Positions 37,904 through 47,236 are shown, numbered from the stretch's first letter. The stretch: DNA of 63,618 nt from a virus (IMGVR_UViG_3300045116_000460:1-63618); one strand, 5' to 3'. Numbers and translations are program-made. Notes: generated from the letters alone by a model not told the origin.

Positions 37904-38097
37904 AAAGAGAAGAAGCAAGACAATTGTACCTACCTGGGAGGCGTATGATCAGATACGGCGATGAAGATAATCTCATCCCATCCTGGCTCATCGTCCGACA
38001 TTTCCGCAACAAACAAACGGGCAATCCCGCCAGAAATGCGAAGAAGAAAGGAGGGAAATTCAAAAATAGTATAGCTAGAAAATTAAATAACAAATAA
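37900..38097 (+). CDS. basic hypothetical protein
   Basis: GTGA overlap with MTase stop. Confidence 0.45.
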   Translation: MKREEARQLYLPGRRMIRYGDEDNLIPSWLIVRHFRNKQTGNPARNAKKKGGKFKNSIARKLNNK

Positions 38098-38108
38098 AGG
38101 AGGGCATA

Positions 38109-38480
38109 ATGAAAAAGATTATCATGATTGTGATTGCATTGTTTATGTTTGTTCCTCTTCTTGTAGCTCAAGAAGCATTGGTCTGGAATCCCAAGGGCCT
38201 TACTTGGGACCACAACACCGAAACAGATCTTGCTGGCTATTTTATTTATGAATCATCGACCCCTGGTGACCCTGAACATGGGACGTATTTTATTTCAATA
38301 CCAGCCGGCACAAATGTTTTTGAATTTCCAACAAATCAAAATTATGCAGAAGGAATTTTTTACTGGGTTACTACTGCATATGACGTAGCAGGAAATGAGA
38401 GTGGATTTTCTAATCAAGTGACAGCCGGATTTGATCATGTACCGCCTGCTCCACCTGTTGGTTGCAAGGCATACAAGTAA
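38109..38480 (+). CDS. exported fibronectin type III-like protein
   Basis: Signal peptide MKKIIMIVIALFMFVPLLVA; LTWDHNTETDLAGY.IY, TAYD.AGNES.FSN.V. Confidence 0.8.
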   Translation: MKKIIMIVIALFMFVPLLVAQEALVWNPKGLTWDHNTETDLAGYFIYESSTPGDPEHGTYFISIPAGTNVFEFPTNQNYAEGIFYWVTTAYDVAGNESGFSNQVTAGFDHVPPAPPVGCKAYK

Positions 38481-38488
38481 AGCAAAAA

Positions 38489-38510
38489 AGGGGGCGAAAG
38501 CCCCCTATTT
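38489..38510 (+). terminator. hairpin terminator
   Basis: AGGGGGC-GAAA-GCCCCCT with A tract before and ATTT after. Confidence 0.7.
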
Positions 38511-38521
38511 GGAGAATTAAA

Positions 38522-39043
38522 ATGGAAAAAGGGAAATTTATCGAGATTTTCAAAGAATACCTTACATCCTTTTTAGATTCTCAAGGATATAAGAATTTTA
38601 TTGCAGGCAGCAAACGATTTGGATACGATTCAGAAACATCTGATTTAGATATCATAGTCTATGCTGAAAACAATTATAAACATGATTCTCTTCTATCTTT
38701 TTTTATAGAAAATGGATTTATTCGAGCAGGATCATCATACGGAGAAAACGTATCTTCAGTATGGTCTCTTGGAAATAAAATTCACATCAATGTTTTTAAT
38801 AATGAAAAAGAATACGAAAATCTTCGTGAAGAACATCTTGCTGTTGAGAAAGTTCTCAAAAAAAACCCAATACTAATAAAGTTTATCAAAGAAATTAAGC
38901 TATATGCCCCTATAAAGGGCTCGTTTATATATCGCTCGTTGATTAATTGTTTTTCAGACGAAGAAATCAAAATATCAGCAGAAAACTCGGAAAAGACGAA
39001 TAAAAAGAAAACCATTTCAATAAAGGAATTTGTAGATGCTTGA
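38522..39043 (+). CDS. Pol-beta-superfamily nucleotidyltransferase
   Basis: GGAG RBS; IAGS.RFG.....SDLDI. Confidence 0.7.
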   Translation: MEKGKFIEIFKEYLTSFLDSQGYKNFIAGSKRFGYDSETSDLDIIVYAENNYKHDSLLSFFIENGFIRAGSSYGENVSSVWSLGNKIHINVFNNEKEYENLREEHLAVEKVLKKNPILIKFIKEIKLYAPIKGSFIYRSLINCFSDEEIKISAENSEKTNKKKTISIKEFVDA

Positions 39044-39278
39044 ACTAATTAAAAATCCACATGAAGGTCAATTATACATTGACGATGAAGGGAAAAGATG
39101 GTTTTATATACATAGTAACTGGAAAGAAATCAAATATTCTACAGTAACAAGTGGTGGAACAATGGCAATGAATGGAACGGATATAGGTCAACCATTCATG
39201 AAACCAAGGAAACGGGCAATACCAATCATGGATTTTTTGGGGGGTACAAAATGCGAGGGACAATCACAAAACGATTAA
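39036..39278 (+). CDS. hypothetical protein
   Basis: AAGGA RBS, overlaps neighbours. Confidence 0.55.
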   Translation: MLELIKNPHEGQLYIDDEGKRWFYIHSNWKEIKYSTVTSGGTMAMNGTDIGQPFMKPRKRAIPIMDFLGGTKCEGQSQND

Positions 39279-39541
39279 GAAGGCAAGCGCATGAAGAAAC
39301 AAAAGGAACCTATGCAAAAAACAGAATTGAGTACTACACCCAAAAGGGTGAAAAATTCATCGTGGTCGATTGCTTTAGAGGGAGATATCAAGCCCTTAAA
39401 CAACTCTACAAAATTGCAAAGCATATCTATCCAAGCAAAAAAATGCCCAAGCTGCGAATCATGCCTGTACCAAAACAAAATCGGGGATCTCAAGGGGTGG
39501 GCTTGTCCGATATGCGGGAATTTCTGGATATTTTACAATAA
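39251..39541 (+). CDS. basic hypothetical phage protein
   Basis: GGGGG RBS; KRLRR.A...RYQALKQLYK. Confidence 0.55.
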   Translation: MRGTITKRLRRQAHEETKGTYAKNRIEYYTQKGEKFIVVDCFRGRYQALKQLYKIAKHIYPSKKMPKLRIMPVPKQNRGSQGVGLSDMREFLDILQ

Positions 39542-39674
39542 TGATTATTAAAGATATATCAAGGTAAAATCAGAACTTAACCAGTTATGTGAAATAATAG
39601 ATAAGAATGCCCCTCTAGCTCACAAAAAGTAGGGAAAAATCGTAGTTTTCAATCAAGGCAACCTTCGCCCCCCC

Positions 39675-39713
39675 AGAAAAAACCCCTTAAAATCGATTTT
39701 TAAGGGGTTTTTC
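39675..39713. terminator. bidirectional terminator between convergent arms
   Basis: AGAAAAAACCCCTTAAAA-TCGAT-TTTTAAGGGGTTTTTCT near-perfect palindrome. Confidence 0.85.
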
Positions 39714-39738
39714 TTAAAAATGCTTATAAATCAATAAC

Positions 39739-39924
39739 TTAATCAGGTACGGCGGCCTTTTTAATGAAATATGTACTTCCTGGCGGCACTGCATTTTTAA
39801 GCGCCTCAATGTCAGCATAAGTTGGGTCATCAACCTGCCATGCCTTTATAATCTGGATCGCGGCAGGTACACCATATTTAGCCAGGAGTTCAATAATCAT
39901 TTGAGCAAATGCTAATTCTTGCAT
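39739..39924 (-). CDS. small hydrophobic protein
   Basis: AAGGAG RBS; last gene of late operon. Confidence 0.65.
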   Translation of the reverse strand: MQELAFAQMIIELLAKYGVPAAIQIIKAWQVDDPTYADIEALKNAVPPGSTYFIKKAAVPD

Positions 39925-39936
39925 AATCGATTCTCC

Positions 39937-40326
39937 TTATTTACCTGTTGACTGTTGGAGATATTTAGTTACGATATTACTAATTTCGGTTGCTAATTTG
40001 GATAATTCAACTAACGCAATTTCGATTTGTTCTTGAAGAGGTTTTTTAGCAACTTCATCTTTATCTAAGGCATCGTACATTTTCAAAAGTTCACATAGCA
40101 TTTGATGTATTGCACGATATTTATCGTGAATAATGATAATGTCATCTTTTTGCTGTTCATTTATAATATCCTGAGTATATAAATCACCAGCAATCTTCAT
40201 TGCAGTATCTACCGCAATTCTGGTTGAATCAAGAGTAGAATATGCATTTTTTTTGAAATTAGCACATCCAACCATCAACCCTACGACCATTAGAATAATC
40301 ACTACATTACTTGGCTGTCTTTTCAT
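39937..40326 (-). CDS. predicted lipoprotein
   Basis: Lipobox-like LMVG-C after hydrophobic signal; helical body; GGAGG RBS. Confidence 0.75.
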   Translation of the reverse strand: MKRQPSNVVIILMVVGLMVGCANFKKNAYSTLDSTRIAVDTAMKIAGDLYTQDIINEQQKDDIIIIHDKYRAIHQMLCELLKMYDALDKDEVAKKPLQEQIEIALVELSKLATEISNIVTKYLQQSTGK

Positions 40327-40338
40327 AATTATCCTCCT

Positions 40339-40896
40339 TTATTTTGTAATAATGCAAATCCCTTTATAGATCTTTATTGATCGACAAGAATAAATACCAA
40401 GCAGCAATTCTTCGACTATCTCCTTTATCATTATGGTTGCCGGAACACCATCCTTTATATAAAACCCATTTTCATACCTATTGGTTTGTGTGCCAAGATC
40501 TTCAATTACATAGCCTATTTTGGTGTAAGGATATAATAATCTGAATGATGTTTTAATATCATTGCTGAAATGCGAACCATCATCAATCACTATATCAGGA
40601 TAGCCGTTTGTATTTAATATTTTATCGATAAATTCTTTATTGGTTGCATCCCCAATTTGGATCTTTATTCTATCCTCTTCAAAATAACAATGCCCATGAA
40701 GTTCTAGGCCAATTATCAAAGCATTTGGAAAATATTCCTTAAAGGCCCTTACACTCCCACCACGATTAACACCTATTTCAAATACTGATTTGATCTCATT
40801 TCGAAGGTGGCAAAACGATTCATCGTAAGCGATACCATAACCAGCCTGCGATTTATCAGTATCATATCTTGAAAAAATTTCGTTAAAATTGTCCAT
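40339..40896 (-). CDS. class I SAM-dependent (sugar O-)methyltransferase
   Basis: TDK, FEIGV..GGS, GDAT, DIVIDDGSH, YVIED. Confidence 0.85.
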   Translation of the reverse strand: MDNFNEIFSRYDTDKSQAGYGIAYDESFCHLRNEIKSVFEIGVNRGGSVRAFKEYFPNALIIGLELHGHCYFEEDRIKIQIGDATNKEFIDKILNTNGYPDIVIDDGSHFSNDIKTSFRLLYPYTKIGYVIEDLGTQTNRYENGFYIKDGVPATIMIKEIVEELLLGIYSCRSIKIYKGICIITK

Positions 40897-40907
40897 AATA
40901 TTTATAA

Positions 40908-42191
40908 TTATAGCAAATTAACCAATTCCTTTAAATTTTTATCATCTGGAAATGCATCAAGATACTGTCTCGGACTACCCTTACTGGATGATCTCCATTG
41001 AAGATTTGAATTAAATAAGTCCAAAATTTTGGTAACAGATCCTTGTTCTAGTATTTTTCCATACTCACCTAATGATTCCATATAGATATTGTAACCTTTA
41101 CTTCTATCTTTATCTTGATCCATTTCCCATTTATGATTTTGCTTTTCACTAAGACTATCAAAAATTTTATTCCATGCTCTGACCATGTTGCCAGAATCAT
41201 ATAACTTTGTTACATGATCTTTGATTAGATTTACAATGCTTTCTCGTTTATGTCTATCTCGATATAGAAGCTTGATATTGTGAATATATTCTTCTTCATC
41301 ATGACAAATAAATTTTACAAGACTTTGAAAAAGAATATATTCCTCTGCTGGATTTTTCATAACAATGGGGATGATTCCTGCTGCAATCGCTTCACCAAGG
41401 ACCTGTTCACAAGTACCAAAATGGTCAGGATTTAGTGGATAACCAAATACATCAATTATTGCCAAATACGGTCTGACATCATCAATTACACCAGTAAACA
41501 CAAACTTAGATTCAAGCCCTCTCTCTTTTACTTGTTGTTTGATTTTTTGTAAATCACACCCTCCACCACACATGATAAATTTTACATCAGGAATATCTAT
41601 TTTACTGCAAAAATCGATGAAATTCGGGTGCAGCTTTGAATAATCAAGAGTACCAACAAACCCAATGTTAAACCCTTCATGAGGAATGGGTTTTACATCT
41701 AGATACTTGTCTATATTTCCGGTCGTCCATATGTGCCCAAGTTTGTTGTTATCTTTCAAATTTCTTATATTATCTGCTTTATAGCTTATAGGAGAAGAAA
41801 AAATCAATCGATCACAAAAATCAATCAATTTCTTTGGAAATACATATGGAGCACGAAGTCCTGATACATGTGACCATATGCACATTCTACATTTTGGCAA
41901 ATCAGGATAAAGCAAATATTCAAATAAATAAGGATGATTCCAATAATGAACTACAACAATATCTGATTCATCCATACCTTTAAAAAGTTCTTCTTTATTA
42001 TTTCTAAGATTTTCTTTTACCAATTCTTTATCATAAGAACTGTAATAATTATTATTCAAACAAAAAATTTTATGCTTGTTAATTTTATCGGTGTCAATCC
42101 AATTCATAAGAACTGACCCAATTCCACCACCTAAATGCACGGTCACATGAGCTACTTTATAAATCAATAAACTCTCTCTTGAATCCGTCAT
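40908..42191 (-). CDS. GT4-like (GT-B) glycosyltransferase
   Basis: HLGGGIG, FVGTLDYSK, DVFGYPL...GTCEQVLGEAIAAG. Confidence 0.85.
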   Translation of the reverse strand: MTDSRESLLIYKVAHVTVHLGGGIGSVLMNWIDTDKINKHKIFCLNNNYYSSYDKELVKENLRNNKEELFKGMDESDIVVVHYWNHPYLFEYLLYPDLPKCRMCIWSHVSGLRAPYVFPKKLIDFCDRLIFSSPISYKADNIRNLKDNNKLGHIWTTGNIDKYLDVKPIPHEGFNIGFVGTLDYSKLHPNFIDFCSKIDIPDVKFIMCGGGCDLQKIKQQVKERGLESKFVFTGVIDDVRPYLAIIDVFGYPLNPDHFGTCEQVLGEAIAAGIIPIVMKNPAEEYILFQSLVKFICHDEEEYIHNIKLLYRDRHKRESIVNLIKDHVTKLYDSGNMVRAWNKIFDSLSEKQNHKWEMDQDKDRSKGYNIYMESLGEYGKILEQGSVTKILDLFNSNLQWRSSSKGSPRQYLDAFPDDKNLKELVNLL

Positions 42192-43365
42192 TTCTCAATG
42201 AAATTTTTATTTTATCAGAATGAGCAACAGCAGTTATCATAATAGGGTCATTAGATGTTTTTAGTGCATTTCTACTATTTATTTTTTTACCTTTAATTTT
42301 CATATATTTTTGTTTATAAGGAGTATCATCAAACAACGATATGATAGCACAATTTTTAAGATTAGTATTTTCATACAGATAAAGAAATTCTCTTGAAATA
42401 CCAAATACATCAAACTGGAGTTCAGATAATGCCAATGAGTTGATGATTTTTTTCTTCTTTTCTAATTCTAACTTACTATGATTAATATAATCGTGCATTT
42501 TATATCTAAGATTAAAACTTTTAGTAAGTAAACTATTATATTTCCCATTGCGTTTGAATAATATTGTAAGATTTGGGAGTAGGGTTTTTTCACTTGTCAT
42601 ATTTGAATATGTAGTGATCGCATCTACAACGGAAAAACCATTATTAACAGCAATCAATGTAAGATGTTCCATATCGAAATGCTGTATATGTTCCCTCATT
42701 AAAAACCAGTAAAAATCAAAAAAGAACGTATTGGCATATAGCATGGCATCCGGGACACTAATACATAATAAACCATCAGGAGCCAATATTCTTTTAGCCT
42801 CTTTAAAAAATATATTCGGATCAAATAAATGTTCAAGAACCTGATCTGCAAATACGATATTGAAGGTTTCATTATCAAATGAAGTCTTTTCAGCTAAACC
42901 AAAAGAAATATTTTTAGATCCTAACTTGAGCGCAATGTCTACATAATGTTTTGAGCAGTCAATTCCATAAAGATTGTTGTATCCACGTTGATTCAAAAAT
43001 CTCAAAAAACCTCCAGTTGCGCATCCAATATCTAAAATTTTATCATTAATTGATATATATCGATTTATAAAATCAAATAGTGAAGAATACCTTGCTAAGG
43101 AATTCATATTTGAACTACCCGGCAAATCGCCAGTATGATTTGGTGATTCAATATTGTTGATTGAATATTCACCATCGTAGTAACTCAGAATATTCTGGTA
43201 ATCATTATAGCTTAAAGCATTCATCACATGTCCGCAATTGCAGCACATCACAATGGTAGCCGGATCATAAAGGAGTGATTCATCGAAATTACCACATCTC
43301 AATCTGATCAAAGGTTCAAAAGAAACATCTAAACAAATTGGGCATTTCAGGTCTTGATTTTCCAT
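42157..43365 (-). CDS. class I SAM methyltransferase with N-terminal zinc site (C-methyltransferase-like)
   Basis: CPIC...CCNC, ILDIGCATG, VLEHL.DP, SVPD, EHIQHF. Confidence 0.88.
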   Translation of the reverse strand: MENQDLKCPICLDVSFEPLIRLRCGNFDESLLYDPATIVMCCNCGHVMNALSYNDYQNILSYYDGEYSINNIESPNHTGDLPGSSNMNSLARYSSLFDFINRYISINDKILDIGCATGGFLRFLNQRGYNNLYGIDCSKHYVDIALKLGSKNISFGLAEKTSFDNETFNIVFADQVLEHLFDPNIFFKEAKRILAPDGLLCISVPDAMLYANTFFFDFYWFLMREHIQHFDMEHLTLIAVNNGFSVVDAITTYSNMTSEKTLLPNLTILFKRNGKYNSLLTKSFNLRYKMHDYINHSKLELEKKKKIINSLALSELQFDVFGISREFLYLYENTNLKNCAIISLFDDTPYKQKYMKIKGKKINSRNALKTSNDPIMITAVAHSDKIKISLRNDGFKREFIDL

Positions 43366-44318
43366 AAAAGATCCTCGGCTATATGATCTATATTTATTGG
43401 TTCACCAGCCTTGAGTTGATCACAATTTTTACAAATATCAATATTTTGCCTGTCCTTCATTAGCATTTGTACACGAAGATTTTGTATTGGGTGATCGTTC
43501 CATATCTTGTTTAATGGTTTTTGGAAGATATTTCCAACAACAATTTTTCTATTCCAATCCAAAAAACAAGCACTAACTTCACCATCAAATTGAACACAAA
43601 ATGAATAAAAGATATATGGACAAACTTCAACATAAGTAATTGGATCACCATATACTCCAACTTCTTCATTTTTTTTGATACCTTCCATTGTCGTATCGTA
43701 CCAACAATTCATTACATGTTCTATAGCGCATCCATCGCTTATAGGCATAAATATTTCTACGAATCGCCATTGTTCTTCTTCAGAAATCAGATCTCCATTA
43801 ATTTTAACAAAGACAATGCAATTTCCTCGATTGTGATATAGGTCTGCAATATTATCAACATATCTTCCGAAGTCAACTCTTCCTCCAGCAAATTGATGAT
43901 ATTGTTCAGATGTTACTCCAATTACAGAAATATTGATACGATCCAATCCAGCCCTTATTAACTCACGATTCAATTTTGTAGTCAATAGACTACCATTCGT
44001 AGTCGTATCAATATCACATGCTACGCCCCTATCTTTTGCTAAGCTAATCATATCTACAAAACTTGGGTTTAGCAGTGGTTCTCCAAAAGCATATAGTCTT
44101 AGCGTTTTTAATTGCGATGGAAATTGCAATATTTGCGAGATTGTTTTATTATAAACTGACCATGGCATTATTCCCTGTTTTTCCATTTTGTGTTCATGAT
44201 GAAAGCAATATTTGCATCTGAAATTGCACGAAGAGGCAGGATCTACATTTATAACAAATGGAGTATCCAATGGCAACACTTTTTCTAACGGTTCCCTATT
44301 ATCTCTTGTTCTTTTCAT
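43347..44318 (-). CDS. radical SAM enzyme with SPASM/twitch domain
   Basis: CNFRCKYC, GEPLL, TTNG, CPY...DGEVSAC..D....VGN...CKNC. Confidence 0.92.
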   Translation of the reverse strand: MKRTRDNREPLEKVLPLDTPFVINVDPASSCNFRCKYCFHHEHKMEKQGIMPWSVYNKTISQILQFPSQLKTLRLYAFGEPLLNPSFVDMISLAKDRGVACDIDTTTNGSLLTTKLNRELIRAGLDRINISVIGVTSEQYHQFAGGRVDFGRYVDNIADLYHNRGNCIVFVKINGDLISEEEQWRFVEIFMPISDGCAIEHVMNCWYDTTMEGIKKNEEVGVYGDPITYVEVCPYIFYSFCVQFDGEVSACFLDWNRKIVVGNIFQKPLNKIWNDHPIQNLRVQMLMKDRQNIDICKNCDQLKAGEPINIDHIAEDLLWKIKT

Positions 44319-44962
44319 ATGATTTCCGGTAATTTCCAGTGCGACTTAATGAATTTACTTTCGTCTGTAAATCTTCCAGGCTGTAAGTAATTTGAAAATA
44401 CAAAACTGTTAGGCAAATAAGCGATTCTCCCATTATTGCCATAAAGCAATTCAACAGCGAATTCTCCATCACAAACAGATTTATCAACTTTAAACCTTGT
44501 CTTTTTAAATACTGAACCTTTGATTATAAATTGGCCGAGTCCTATAGTGCCAATTCTAACATCATTTTTAGATTTCACATAAAAAACTCCAGGCAAGTGT
44601 GGAGTCGATCCATCACTAGGGATTGAATCGCCCCTATAAGACGAAAAAAATATAACATCTGCTGTTTGATTCCTAATAATATCAAAGAATCCAGGTTCAA
44701 AAACCGTTTCGTCACAAACAAATGCATAATAATCATTGTCATAAATTGATTGGTTATCTGCAAAATCATTGAATTTTCTAAAGCATTGTTCGCCTGTATT
44801 TAATTCTTTTACCCTAATGTTATGAACCCAAGAAACACCAAAATCAATATCTTCTTTTGGCGCCACAATAGGATAGTATTCAATTTTTTCAGGTTCAAAA
44901 TATTTAACTAAAGTTTTTGCCAAATTTACGCGATAAAATGGGCAAAGAATATGCAGGATCAT
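44315..44962 (-). CDS. putative GT-A fold glycosyltransferase
   Basis: ILCPFYR start, FVCDE (DxD variant), DGEFA; flanked by GT genes. Confidence 0.5.
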   Translation of the reverse strand: MILHILCPFYRVNLAKTLVKYFEPEKIEYYPIVAPKEDIDFGVSWVHNIRVKELNTGEQCFRKFNDFADNQSIYDNDYYAFVCDETVFEPGFFDIIRNQTADVIFFSSYRGDSIPSDGSTPHLPGVFYVKSKNDVRIGTIGLGQFIIKGSVFKKTRFKVDKSVCDGEFAVELLYGNNGRIAYLPNSFVFSNYLQPGRFTDESKFIKSHWKLPEII

Positions 44963-44974
44963 TTATTGATATCC

Positions 44975-45703
44975 CTATCGTCTATTGTAAATATTTTTAT
45001 GATAAACATATGTAGTCGGTATCATAAAATGAGTCAATCCAATTTTATCTCTTACAGAATAACACCATTCAGAATCAACACCATAATGACTAGTTTGAAT
45101 ACCAAGAGGTATCGCCTCAACCAATGATCTCCAAGTCAAACAACAACCAAACGTATTATAGCAACATTCAACAGGTTCTTTTGGTAGTTTACTACTGCCA
45201 AAAGGTTCGTGCAAAAAATCATGATATGATTCTCTCCAATTCTCTATTTTCTTACCGGCCCAGTAAACAGTTTTATTCTCTTTACTATGGTACATCATAG
45301 GAGTAACTGAAGCAGTAGTATTGCATCTTTCTTTCAACTCCTTAACAAGAATCGTTAACCAATCATTGCACTCAACTGGAATTTCAATATCATCATTCAT
45401 CCAGCAAATGAATTGGCCAGTCGATTCAGGAAAAACCTTAACCACATTCCTAACTTGCGCTCTTTCTTTATGCAAAAAGAGTTTGATCTTTCCGTCATCG
45501 GCCATTTTTTTAAGATATGATTCAAGTTCTGGTACTCCACTTGCATCATCGGTAACAATGATTTCATAATCTGGATATATGGTATAGGATATAATAGATT
45601 CCAAACATGCTTTAATATAAACTAGCTGTTTGTATGTTGGTATGATTATACTTACCCTACCCATCACTCCAGAATCAAGATCCGGTTTCTTCTCCATGCT
45701 CAT
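44975..45703 (-). CDS. GT2 glycosyltransferase
   Basis: VSIIIPTY...CLESI...YEIIV.DDAS, WMNDD, VYH. Confidence 0.88.
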   Translation of the reverse strand: MSMEKKPDLDSGVMGRVSIIIPTYKQLVYIKACLESIISYTIYPDYEIIVTDDASGVPELESYLKKMADDGKIKLFLHKERAQVRNVVKVFPESTGQFICWMNDDIEIPVECNDWLTILVKELKERCNTTASVTPMMYHSKENKTVYWAGKKIENWRESYHDFLHEPFGSSKLPKEPVECCYNTFGCCLTWRSLVEAIPLGIQTSHYGVDSEWCYSVRDKIGLTHFMIPTTYVYHKNIYNRR

Positions 45704-46640
45704 CTATTCCTTTCCTGCTATTATAGCTCTTACCATATTTTGATTCTTTCCGCAGGATTACCTTGATTCCGGTATCCTCTTCAATTTTTGATCTCATAGA
45801 ATCTACATAAGATGCCGATTTGTTACCAAAAAGATTGAGCATGATTTCTTTACATCCGAGGCTTGCCAATTCTTTATATAAATCTATGTTTACATTTTGA
45901 ATATTATCATTAAAGCCAAATGTGAAATTCTTTTCATGCATTAATTTTGCTAGCGTGACTGCTCTTTGTTTATCAAAACAAAATGCCTCATCACCAAAGA
46001 AAAATGATTTAACACCATAGGCATGGTTAATTGCCTCTGTTTCATTCATAATTCTTGATGTTGTAAAAACTTTGTGGCCAGCACACATCCAAGTTGGTCT
46101 GTAAGGACTACCTCTGCTCCCCAAAATCATAATAGCTTTCCGTCCATCAAGTTTTCGATAATATCCGTTCACATCCACAAGATGCCTGCTTGGTAGAGGG
46201 AGACGATTAATGTCTTTTACATCAACCTTGTATACTTTGCCCATTTCACTACGAGAATTAATATAATCGTTCATGAATGTTTTAATGGCTGTTTCTGGTT
46301 CACCACGTATCACCACGTTAAACCCATCGTCATTTATGAACTTAATAATATTTTTAGATGGACCACTACCACAGGCAACCATAGTGGCTGATGGATTAAT
46401 TGCCTTACACTGCGATACTATTTTCTTTGTAAGGCCATATTTATCATTGTCTATGTATATAACATAGACTACGCAATGGCCAAAGCACCATTGGCTTTTA
46501 TCTAGCCCATTTAAATCGTTAATTCTAACCTTGAATCCTTGTTCTTCCAGAACAGGAGCAAGTTGAAGTAAAAATAAAGGAGGGTCAAGTCTTCGATGAT
46601 AAACATTAGCAAAAGGCATATTTATTAATTCTATTCTCAT
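45675..46640 (-). CDS. B12-binding/radical-SAM-like protein lacking the CxxxCxxC motif
   Basis: PPL.L..LA..L...G..V.I.D.N, VIRGEPE, LPLPSRHL, SRGSPYRPTWMC, FFFGDEAF. Confidence 0.75.
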   Translation of the reverse strand: MRIELINMPFANVYHRRLDPPLFLLQLAPVLEEQGFKVRINDLNGLDKSQWCFGHCVVYVIYIDNDKYGLTKKIVSQCKAINPSATMVACGSGPSKNIIKFINDDGFNVVIRGEPETAIKTFMNDYINSRSEMGKVYKVDVKDINRLPLPSRHLVDVNGYYRKLDGRKAIMILGSRGSPYRPTWMCAGHKVFTTSRIMNETEAINHAYGVKSFFFGDEAFCFDKQRAVTLAKLMHEKNFTFGFNDNIQNVNIDLYKELASLGCKEIMLNLFGNKSASYVDSMRSKIEEDTGIKVILRKESKYGKSYNSRKGIDEHGEETGS

Positions 46641-46652
46641 AGCATACTCTCC

Positions 46653-46922
46653 TTACACATAAAATGTTCGTCTAGTTCTACTGCTTCGAGGTCTTTTCCC
46701 TAGAATTTTTGCCGTTTCTCGATTACCGCTAACCATACTGACATTTACAATATCGCCAATGCCTATGGACGAATCACCAGAAATATCTAATGCTTTCTTT
46801 TTAATTGCACCACTTCCTAATCTGATATCATATGTCCCGTCAATATTTATTGCAGTGACAGTAGCATCTGCAATATTATCTATTTGGGTTTGTTTTGCAA
46901 TCGATTTTATAAGTTTCTTCAT
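46653..46922 (-). CDS. small tail-tip protein (OB-fold-like)
   Basis: ATVTAINIDGTYDI...IGDIVNV. Confidence 0.55.
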   Translation of the reverse strand: MKKLIKSIAKQTQIDNIADATVTAINIDGTYDIRLGSGAIKKKALDISGDSSIGIGDIVNVSMVSGNRETAKILGKRPRSSRTRRTFYV

Positions 46923-47236
46923 ATTTCTTCACCTGGCACGTAAGTCTCTACACTTATTGTAGACCATATCCCTCCAGCAGTAATCTTTATATTATGCTCC
47001 ACAATTTGATGTTTTGCATCTATTCCTAAATTTCCTTCTACTACTTCCACAATATTTGCAATGTAACAATCATCTTTATATGGAACCAAAATACTTTTCT
47101 TATGAACCTTATACCAATTTTCATCAATAAAATGTTTACCACGCTGGACAGCAATCGGTATAGTCGTGATTAATGGGTCATTAATCGATGGCGCTTCTTT
47201 GTCGCCGCTTCCTCTTATGCAAATAATTTCTATCAT
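46919..47236 (-). CDS. putative tail-tip protein
   Basis: G.GDKEAP.I.DPLI...AVQRG; in tail operon. Confidence 0.55.
   Translation of the reverse strand: MIEIICIRGSGDKEAPSINDPLITTIPIAVQRGKHFIDENWYKVHKKSILVPYKDDCYIANIVEVVEGNLGIDAKHQIVEHNIKITAGGIWSTISVETYVPGEEI

Larger units (their letters stand above)
32988..38060 (+). other. GC-richer accessory island of small genes
   Basis: Visibly higher GC than flanks; many short ORFs, paralog pairs and repeated gene junctions. Confidence 0.75.

Noticed and set aside
32988-38060. IS, integron or integrase-mobilised element
   Set aside because: No transposase or integrase, terminal inverted repeats or attC-like hairpins were recognised
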